Assembly (NCBI GenBank): GCA_934101225.1 | Contig: CAKOQK010000005.1 | Location: 27,323 to 59,322 of the forward strand | Origin: an uncultured Bacilli bacterium | Lineage (GTDB): Bacteria > Bacillota_I > Bacilli_A > RF39 > UBA660 | Length of the DNA: 32,000 nt | Reading direction: 5' to 3' | In this document: piece by piece, positions 18,619 to 26,151 of the stretch | Numbering within the stretch: the first letter of the stretch is position 1 | Layout of the letters: each line of letters opens with the position of its first letter | Translations under genes and position numbers: made by a program | Notes under the pieces: model-generated | Told to the model about the DNA's origin: nothing | Database searches by the model: none | What the model saw: the letters and a program-made list of their open reading frames with translations, nothing else

Positions 18619-20505
18619 ATGAATAAGAATAGTTTTGAATTAACTTTACTTAGTGAAGGACAAATATGGGGTAATGATAAAGAAAGACAATTAGATGTAA
18701 TAAGAAAGTACGGAATAAAAGCTGCAATTACTGATTTATGTATTTTAACAGGTGGTTATTTGTGTGAAGATACTATAGATGAAGATAGATCTTTAACTGG
18801 TAGAACTAGTTGCTTCTGGACTAGATCTGATGATGGCGATAATGATGTCCGCGAGGTCGATGTGGATGGTGATAGGGTCGACGTATACAGGTATAAACGC
18901 TATGGTGCTGTTCGCCCAGCCTTGCAATCTTCTGTAATCTTTTCCCAAATCTCCCCGAACAAAGTGAGTGGATACAATGGAACGGAAGAGGTTGAATTCG
19001 GAAAATATCCTCAAAATGCTGCTGATTCAAGAATGCAAAATATACTAGAGTCAGAGTATAATAGAGGAATGAGTAAAACTGGAAGAAGTTACACATTTGA
19101 TTCTGTAACAGATTATGACTGTGATACAGGATTTAAACCTGTAACCTATGAAGAATACGAATATCAAGGAAAAGCATATATTCGTATAAAAGCAAACTTT
19201 TATTGTGCTGGTTATAAATTCATGCTTTCAAATGGTGTCGAATATAAAAATGGTGATTATGTTTGGGTAGAAGTGTCTCCTGTAAAATGGTTAATAGATG
19301 ACGAAAACAACCAATTAATTTCAAAAAAAGGATTAGTTTCTGGTATAAGATTTCTTGATAAAAGAACTAATTATAAAGGTGATTTTGATAGAACAGAAAT
19401 GAAAGAATATCTTGATAAATATATGGTTAAAGATTTATTTCAATCAGTAGATTTTGAATATTTACAAGATATGGAATATTCAATAGATAAAAGTGAAAAT
19501 ATCAAAAAAACTAATCCATATAATTTAAGTTTTAATAAAGTAAGTGAAGAAGATATAATAAAAGGAGCAATAGAAAGTGGAGTTGCAGTATTTTTACATG
19601 GTCCATCATCTGAAGGTAAATCAGCAAGAGTTAAACAAATAGATCCCTCTTGTGAAATAATATATTTGAGAAATGCTGCTCCAGATAGTTTAAATGGTAA
19701 AAGTGTTTATAATTCAGAAACAGGTGAAATGATAGATGTTCCACCAACTTGGCTAAAAAAATTACAAGCTAAGTGTTCAGAAGAACCAAATAGACTTCAT
19801 ATATTATTCTTTGATGAAATAACAAATGCCTTACCAAGTATTCAAGGTATAGCGTTTAATATAGTTTTAGATCGAGAGGTAAATGGTATTTGGAAATTAC
19901 CAGATAATGCTAGAATAGTAGCTGCAGGAAATGATATGAAAGATTCTCTAGCAGCAAACCAATTAGCAGAACCATTATTTAATAGATTCGCTCACGTATA
20001 CATAAAAACAACTACTGAAAGTTGGTTAAAATGGGCGAGTGAACATAATATTCATCCAGCCATATATTCATATATAGCTTATAAAAATGGCGAAACACTT
20101 CGAAGTAAGTATGATGGAGAAAAACCTAATGCTGATCCAAGAAAATGGGAAATGGCTTCTAAAATGCTTTATGCAACAGGAAGTCCAGAAATGTTAAGGG
20201 CATTAGTAGGTGAAGATATAACAAGAGAATTTATTGAGTTTTGTAAACAAGAAGTAATAACATTGGAAGATGTTATAAATAAAAATTATACTGATAAAGA
20301 TATTGAATCATTAAATACCGCCCAAAGATATGCAACTACAATGGGATTATCACAAGTAGAAGAATCAAATTTAGAAATAGTTAGAAACTTTACATCAAAG
20401 TTAGGCTCCGAATTTAAAGCTATATTCGATGCTTTATGGACACATAGCGATGAATCAAGAATAGAAATAATCGCTGAATTAAATATAAATAAAAAAAGAA
20501 GGTGA
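18619..20505 (+). CDS. fusion protein A1: variable N-terminal DUF6273-like domain + MoxR/AAA_5-type AAA+ ATPase (628 aa from the ATG at 18619)
   Basis: RBS AAAGAGGGG lies 7 nt before the ATG at 18619. Walker A GPSSEGKS; Walker B ILFFDEITNA (DEINRA-like); sensor-1 IVAAGND; PLFNRF Arg-finger region. N-domain motifs TKAAITDLCILTG, FWTRSDD, AVRPAL, VEFGKYPQ, VKWLIDD. Confidence 0.85.
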   Translation: MNKNSFELTLLSEGQIWGNDKERQLDVIRKYGIKAAITDLCILTGGYLCEDTIDEDRSLTGRTSCFWTRSDDGDNDVREVDVDGDRVDVYRYKRYGAVRPALQSSVIFSQISPNKVSGYNGTEEVEFGKYPQNAADSRMQNILESEYNRGMSKTGRSYTFDSVTDYDCDTGFKPVTYEEYEYQGKAYIRIKANFYCAGYKFMLSNGVEYKNGDYVWVEVSPVKWLIDDENNQLISKKGLVSGIRFLDKRTNYKGDFDRTEMKEYLDKYMVKDLFQSVDFEYLQDMEYSIDKSENIKKTNPYNLSFNKVSEEDIIKGAIESGVAVFLHGPSSEGKSARVKQIDPSCEIIYLRNAAPDSLNGKSVYNSETGEMIDVPPTWLKKLQAKCSEEPNRLHILFFDEITNALPSIQGIAFNIVLDREVNGIWKLPDNARIVAAGNDMKDSLAANQLAEPLFNRFAHVYIKTTTESWLKWASEHNIHPAIYSYIAYKNGETLRSKYDGEKPNADPRKWEMASKMLYATGSPEMLRALVGEDITREFIEFCKQEVITLEDVINKNYTDKDIESLNTAQRYATTMGLSQVEESNLEIVRNFTSKLGSEFKAIFDALWTHSDESRIEIIAELNINKKRR

Positions 20506-20511
20506 AAATAA

Positions 20512-22410
20512 ATGATGGATTATGAATTAACTTTACTTAGTGAAGGACAAATATGGGGAAATGACAAAGAAAATCAATTAGAAGTTCTAAAAAAATATGG
20601 AACAAAAGCTGCAATTACAGATTTATGTATTTTAACTGGTAGTTGTTTACGTAAAGATACTATAGATGAAGATAGATCTTTGGCTGGTAGAACTAGTTGG
20701 TTTTGGACTAGATCTGATGATGATGATAATGATGTCCGCGCGGTCAATAAGGATGGTAATGGGGACATCGGTTTTAGGTATGGACGCTATGCTGCTGTTC
20801 GCCCAGCTTTGCAATCTTCTGTAATCTTTTCTCAAATCTCCCCGAACAAAGTGAGTGGATACAATGGAACGGAAGAGGTTGAATTCGGAAAATATCCTCA
20901 AAATGCTGCTGATTCAAGAATGCAAAATATACTAGAGTCAGAATATAAAAGAGGAATGAGTAAAACTGGAAGAAGTTACACATTTGATTCTGTAAAATAT
21001 AATGACTATGATACAGGATTTAAACCTGTAACTTATGAAGAATACGAATATCAAGGAAAGGAATATATTCGTATAAAAGCAAACTCTTATTGTTATAATG
21101 GCGATAAATTCATGCTTTCAAATGGCGCCTGTTATAAAGATGGTGATTATGTTTGGGTAGAAGTATCACCGGTTAAATGGTTGATAGATGATAAAGCAGG
21201 AATTTTAATTTCAAAAAAAGGATTAGTTTCTGGTATAAGATTTCTTGATAGTAAAACTGATTATGAAGGTGATTTTAATAGAACAGAAATGAAGGAATAT
21301 CTTGATAAATATATGGTTAAAGATTTATTTCAATCAGTAGATTTTGAATATTTACAAGATATGGAATATTCAATAGATAAAAGTGAAAATATCAAAAAAA
21401 CTAATCCATATAATTTAAGTTTTAATAAAGTAAGTGAAGAAGATATAATAAAAGGAGCAATAGAAAGTGGAGTCGCTGTATTTTTACATGGTCCATCATC
21501 TGAAGGAAAATCAGCAAGAGTTAAAGAAATAGATCCAACTTGTGAAATTATATATTTAAGAAATGCTACTCCAGATAGTTTAAATGGTAAAAGTGTTTAT
21601 AATTCAGAAACAGGTGAAATGATAGATGTTCCACCAACTTGGCTTAAAAAATTACAAGCTAAATGTGACCAAGAGCCAAATAGACTTCATATATTATTTT
21701 TTGATGAAATAACAAATGCCTTACCAAGTATTCAAGGAATTGCGTTTAATATAGTTTTAGATCGAGAAGTAAATGGTATTTGGAAATTACCAGATAATGC
21801 CAGAATAGTAGCTGCAGGAAATGATATGAAAGATTCTCTAGCAGCTAATCAACTAGCAGAACCATTATTTAATAGATTTGCTCATGTATATATCAAAACA
21901 ACTACTGAAAGTTGGTTAAAATGGGCAAGCGAAAATAACATCCATCCAGCAATATATTCATACATTGCTTATAAAAATGGTGAAACACTTCGAAGTAAGT
22001 ATGATGGAGAAAAACCTAATGCTGATCCAAGAAAATGGGAAATGGCTTCTAAAATGCTTTATGCAACTGGAAGTCCAGAAATGTTAAGGGCATTAGTAGG
22101 TGAAGATATAACAAGAGAATTTATTGAATTTTGTAAACAAGAGGTAATAACATTAGAAGATGTAATAAATGAAAATTATACTGATAAAGATATTGAATCA
22201 TTAAATACAGCCCAAAGATATGCAACAACTATGGGATTATCGCAAGTAGATGAAGCCAATTTAGAAATAGTTAGAAACTTTACATTAAAGTTAGGCTCCG
22301 AATTTAAAGCTTTATTCGATGCCATATGGACACACGGTGATGAATCAAGATTAGAAATAATCGCCGAGTCAAAACTTATTGAAAAATCGTTAGGAGGTAA
22401 AAAGCTATAA
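20512..22410 (+). CDS. fusion protein A2: variable N-domain + MoxR/AAA_5-type AAA+ ATPase (632 aa)
   Basis: Same architecture as A1, with a near-identical ATPase half and a distinct C-terminal tail (AESKLIEKSLGGKKL). AAGGTGA RBS. Confidence 0.88.
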   Translation: MMDYELTLLSEGQIWGNDKENQLEVLKKYGTKAAITDLCILTGSCLRKDTIDEDRSLAGRTSWFWTRSDDDDNDVRAVNKDGNGDIGFRYGRYAAVRPALQSSVIFSQISPNKVSGYNGTEEVEFGKYPQNAADSRMQNILESEYKRGMSKTGRSYTFDSVKYNDYDTGFKPVTYEEYEYQGKEYIRIKANSYCYNGDKFMLSNGACYKDGDYVWVEVSPVKWLIDDKAGILISKKGLVSGIRFLDSKTDYEGDFNRTEMKEYLDKYMVKDLFQSVDFEYLQDMEYSIDKSENIKKTNPYNLSFNKVSEEDIIKGAIESGVAVFLHGPSSEGKSARVKEIDPTCEIIYLRNATPDSLNGKSVYNSETGEMIDVPPTWLKKLQAKCDQEPNRLHILFFDEITNALPSIQGIAFNIVLDREVNGIWKLPDNARIVAAGNDMKDSLAANQLAEPLFNRFAHVYIKTTTESWLKWASENNIHPAIYSYIAYKNGETLRSKYDGEKPNADPRKWEMASKMLYATGSPEMLRALVGEDITREFIEFCKQEVITLEDVINENYTDKDIESLNTAQRYATTMGLSQVDEANLEIVRNFTLKLGSEFKALFDAIWTHGDESRLEIIAESKLIEKSLGGKKL

Positions 22411-22802
22411 TGAAAAATAAAAAAGAAATTTTCTTATCTTATATTAAAGCAAATGTTGTACCAATATTAGTTGATTTTATGTCTGGTAAAGATCTGCCTG
22501 ATGCTACTATATTGTCATCTAATATAGATGTAAAAGAATTAAACGGTCATTATGAGGGAAAAAATTTTGTTCCGCCCAAATGGCTTAATGAAATACTTAA
22601 TTCAAATACCAGTAAAATACTAGTGATTGATAAAATAGATATAATTTCTAAAGAAGAACAAATGAAATTTGTTGAAATATTAAAATATCGAAAAGTATCT
22701 ACCTTTGAATTCCCAAAAAACTGTATAATAATTGTTACTGCAAATGAAATTAACAAAGATAAAATAAATGAAGAAATACTTTCATTAGTAGCACAAATTT
22801 AG
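22410..22802 (+). CDS. B1: 130-aa minimal AAA-core paralog with degenerate Walker A and Walker B (predicted inactive)
   Basis: Aligns by eye to the ATPase core of the A proteins. VPPKWLNEIL matches VPPTWLKKLQ; ILVIDKID matches ILFFDEIT; IIIVTANE matches RIVAAGND. The P-loop position reads FMSGKD. TAATG stop/start overlap with A2. Confidence 0.75.
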   Translation: MKNKKEIFLSYIKANVVPILVDFMSGKDLPDATILSSNIDVKELNGHYEGKNFVPPKWLNEILNSNTSKILVIDKIDIISKEEQMKFVEILKYRKVSTFEFPKNCIIIVTANEINKDKINEEILSLVAQI

Positions 22803-22811
22803 GAGTAAATT

Positions 22812-24206
22812 ATGAAATATGATATAGAATCATTAAAAAGAAAAATGCTTGTAAAATATCCATTTTTTGGAAGTGTTGTGGCAGGAGTAGAATATATAGA
22901 AGATAATGAAATATCAACTGCAGCAACTGATGGAGAAAAAATATACTATAACCCTAATTTTTTAAATAATATATCAAAAGAAGAACAAACTTTTGTATTT
23001 GCTCACGAAGTGTGCCATATTGCTTTTAATCATATTTTAAGAAGCGAAGGAAAAGATGAGGACATTTGGAATATTGCAACCGATGCTGTCATAAATCAGT
23101 TTCTAAAAAAAGATGGATTACCACTTGCTAAAGGTGGAGTAGATATAGAAGAAGCAATAAATTATAATGCTGAAGATTTATACAAATTATTATTGAAAAA
23201 CCAAAATCAAAATGGACAAAGTAATAATCAAAACACAGGTAATTCAAACAATCATCAAAAAAATAACGAACATAAAAATTCAAACGAATCGAGTTCTAAT
23301 GAACAACAAGAAACAGAAAGTAATCAAACAAGTAACAATAGCAATCATGAAAATGAAGAAAAAAATAATGTTAGTCATAATACTCATAATTTGTGGAAAG
23401 ATGCTGTAAAAAAGCATAAAAAGCAACAGGAAAAATCTAACGAAAATAATAATCAAAATCAAGAAAAAGATAACAATCAAATTGAAAAGAAACAAAAAGA
23501 ACTTGAAAATTTGGGTGAAAAAAATGCATTCAAGAAAAATAGAGATGTCAAGAAAAAACAATTAGAAGAGTTGAAAGAAGCTATTTCAAAACAAGCTTCA
23601 AAAGCAGGTAACTCAACGAATAGTGATATTAGAACAGTTAACGATATAGGTTATGCTAAGCCTTTAATTGATTGGAGATACATTTTGAAAGAAGCTATAA
23701 AATATGATGTTGATTGGTCTTATAAAAATGCTACCATTGAAAATGGAGTTGTTAGTGCAAACCTAGAAGAACAACCTTTCCCTGAAACAGAAATTGTTTT
23801 GGATACAAGTGGATCAATAAATGAAGTGCTTTTAAGAAATTTTTTAAGAGAATGCAAAAATATTTTAAAATATTCAAAACTAAAAGTTGGCTGTTTTGAT
23901 ACTAAGTTTTATGGTTTTACTGAAATAAGAACTGAAGATGATTTAGAGAATATGAAATTTTTAGGCGGCGGTGGCACTAGTTTTAATGCTGCTGTAAATG
24001 CATTCTCAAGACGTGTTGAAAATAAAATAGTGTTTACCGATGGAGAAGCATCAATGCCTAAAATGACACTTGATGCAGTTTGGATCGTGTTTGGCAATAA
24101 AAAAATAAATCCTAAAGGTGGAAAAGTAATAAATATTACTCAAGAACAATTAGATAGATTATATTCTTTTGAAACAAAAAATGCGTACAAAAGAAAAACT
24201 AGATAA
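22812..24206 (+). CDS. C1: DUF2201-type protein, putative HExxH metallopeptidase N-domain + low-complexity linker + VWA domain
   Basis: YPFFGSV...TAATDGEKIYYNP...FAHEVCHIAFNHILR...WNIATDAVIN is the DUF2201_N pattern. C-terminal VLDTSGS (DxSxS MIDAS), GGGGTSF and FTDGEA are VWA motifs. The N/Q/S/E/K-rich linker covers about residues 128-260. Confidence 0.85.
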   Translation: MKYDIESLKRKMLVKYPFFGSVVAGVEYIEDNEISTAATDGEKIYYNPNFLNNISKEEQTFVFAHEVCHIAFNHILRSEGKDEDIWNIATDAVINQFLKKDGLPLAKGGVDIEEAINYNAEDLYKLLLKNQNQNGQSNNQNTGNSNNHQKNNEHKNSNESSSNEQQETESNQTSNNSNHENEEKNNVSHNTHNLWKDAVKKHKKQQEKSNENNNQNQEKDNNQIEKKQKELENLGEKNAFKKNRDVKKKQLEELKEAISKQASKAGNSTNSDIRTVNDIGYAKPLIDWRYILKEAIKYDVDWSYKNATIENGVVSANLEEQPFPETEIVLDTSGSINEVLLRNFLRECKNILKYSKLKVGCFDTKFYGFTEIRTEDDLENMKFLGGGGTSFNAAVNAFSRRVENKIVFTDGEASMPKMTLDAVWIVFGNKKINPKGGKVINITQEQLDRLYSFETKNAYKRKTR

Positions 24207-24246
24207 ATTAAATATAATAAATGTTTCAAAAAGAAGGTGAAAATAA

Positions 24247-26151
24247 ATGATAAATTATGAATTAACTTTACTTAGTGAAGGACAAATATGGGGAAATGAT
24301 AAAGAAAATCAATTAAAAGTTCTAAAAAAATATGGAACAAAAGCTGCAATTACAGATTTATGTATTTTAACAGGTCGTTATTTGTGTGAAAATACTATAG
24401 ATGAAGATAGAACTTTAACTGGTAGAACTGGTTGGTTTTGGACTAGATCTGATGATGGCGATAATGATGTCCGCGCGGTCAATAAGTATGGTAATAGGGC
24501 CAACATAATAAAGAATGCACGCTATGGCACCGTCCGCCCAGCCTTGATATCATCTAGTGTATTCTCACAAATCTCCTCGAACAGAGTGAGTGGATACAAT
24601 GGAACGGAAGAGGTTGAATTCGGAGAATATCCTCAAAATGCTACTGATTCAAGAATGCAAAATATACTAGAAAAAGAATATAATAGAGGAATGAATAAAA
24701 CGGGAAGAAGTTACACATTTGATTCTGCAAAATATGATGACAGTAATACAGGATTTAAACATGTAACCTATGAAGAATACGAATATCAAGGGAAGAAATA
24801 TATTCGTGTAAAAGCAAACTTTTATTGTTTTGGTGGCGGTAAATTCATGCTTTCAAATGGTGTCGAATATAAAAATGGTGATTATGTTTGGACAGAAGTA
24901 TCACCAGTTAAATGGCTAATAGATGATGAAAACAAGCAATTAATTTCCAAATATGGATTAGTTTCAGGTATAAGATTTCTTGATAAATATAATGAATATA
25001 ATGGAGATTTTAATAAAACTGAAATGTATGAATATCTTAATAAATATATGGTTAAAGATTTATTTCAGTCACTTAATCTTGAATATTTACAAGATATGGA
25101 ATATTCAATAGATAAAAGTGAAAATATCAAAAAAACTAATCCATATAATTTAAGTTTTAATAAAGTAAGTGAAGAAGATATAATAAAAGGAGCAATAGAA
25201 AGTGGAGTTGCAGTATTTTTACATGGTCCATCATCTGAAGGTAAATCAGCAAGAGTTAAACAAATAGATCCCTCTTGTGAAATAATATATTTGAGAAATG
25301 CTGCTCCAGATAGTTTAAATGGTAAAAGTGTTTATAATTCAGAAACAGGTGAAATGATAGATGTTCCACCAACTTGGCTAAAAAAATTACAAGCTAAGTG
25401 TTCAGAAGAGCCAAACAGACTTCATATATTGTTCTTTGATGAAATAACAAACGCGTTACCAAGTATTCAAGGAATTGCTTTTAATATTGTACTAGATCGA
25501 GAAGTAAATGGAATATGGAAATTACCTGATAATGCTAGAATAGTAGCTGCTGGAAACGATATGAAAGATTCCCTAGCAGCTAATCAATTAGCAGAGCCCT
25601 TATTTAATAGATTCGCTCATGTATATATCAAAACAACTACTGAAAGTTGGTTAAAATGGGCAAGTGAAAATAACATCCATCCTGCCATTTATTCATATAT
25701 AGCTTATAAAAATGGTGAAACACTCCGAAGTAAGTATGATGGTGAGAAACCTAATGCTGATCCAAGAAAATGGGAAATGGCTTCTAAAATGCTTTATGCA
25801 ACTGGAAGTCCAGAAATGTTAAGAGCATTAGTAGGTGAAGATATAACAAGAGAATTTATTGAGTTTTGTAAACAAGAAGTAATAACATTAGAAGATGTTA
25901 TTACTAGCAATTATTCTGATAAAGATATTAAATCATTAAATACAGCCCAAAGATATGCAACAACGATGGGATTATCACAAGTAGATGAAGCAAATTTAGA
26001 AATAGTTAGAAACTTTACATTAAAGTTAGGCTCCGAATTTAAAGCTATATTTGATGCTTTATGGACACATGGCGATGAATCGAGAATAGAAATAATCGCT
26101 GAATTAAATATAAATAAAAAAAAGAAGGTGAAAATAAATGATGGATTATGA
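24247..26151 (+). CDS. fusion protein A3: variable N-domain + MoxR/AAA_5-type AAA+ ATPase (634 aa)
   Basis: First gene of module 2. The AELNINKKKKVKINDGL tail overlaps the A4 start by 14 nt. Confidence 0.88.
   Translation: MINYELTLLSEGQIWGNDKENQLKVLKKYGTKAAITDLCILTGRYLCENTIDEDRTLTGRTGWFWTRSDDGDNDVRAVNKYGNRANIIKNARYGTVRPALISSSVFSQISSNRVSGYNGTEEVEFGEYPQNATDSRMQNILEKEYNRGMNKTGRSYTFDSAKYDDSNTGFKHVTYEEYEYQGKKYIRVKANFYCFGGGKFMLSNGVEYKNGDYVWTEVSPVKWLIDDENKQLISKYGLVSGIRFLDKYNEYNGDFNKTEMYEYLNKYMVKDLFQSLNLEYLQDMEYSIDKSENIKKTNPYNLSFNKVSEEDIIKGAIESGVAVFLHGPSSEGKSARVKQIDPSCEIIYLRNAAPDSLNGKSVYNSETGEMIDVPPTWLKKLQAKCSEEPNRLHILFFDEITNALPSIQGIAFNIVLDREVNGIWKLPDNARIVAAGNDMKDSLAANQLAEPLFNRFAHVYIKTTTESWLKWASENNIHPAIYSYIAYKNGETLRSKYDGEKPNADPRKWEMASKMLYATGSPEMLRALVGEDITREFIEFCKQEVITLEDVITSNYSDKDIKSLNTAQRYATTMGLSQVDEANLEIVRNFTLKLGSEFKAIFDALWTHGDESRIEIIAELNINKKKKVKINDGL

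Noticed and set aside
18834-18908. Diversity-generating retroelement (DGR) as the source of the hypervariable patches
   Set aside because: The window has no reverse transcriptase gene and no template repeat. The differences between copies are not confined to adenine-templated positions, and the variation is between paralogs rather than against a TR. Mosaic recombination explains it better. A DGR elsewhere in the genome cannot be excluded.
18793-19096. Recurrent minus-strand ORFs (18793-19014, 18821-19096, 20574-20983, 26200-26609, 30098-30319) opposite the 5' parts of the A genes
   Set aside because: They lie antisense to strongly supported coding sequence. They recur only because the underlying DNA is repeated, and they are open mainly because this segment is locally GC-richer (fewer stop codons). 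There is no RBS or motif support.
23212-23561. Extra ORFs in both strands within the C-gene linkers (23212-23409, 23280-23561, 28758-28940, 28782-29015)
   Set aside because: These are alternative-frame or antisense ORFs in low-complexity A-rich sequence, nested inside a gene with clear flanking domain motifs.
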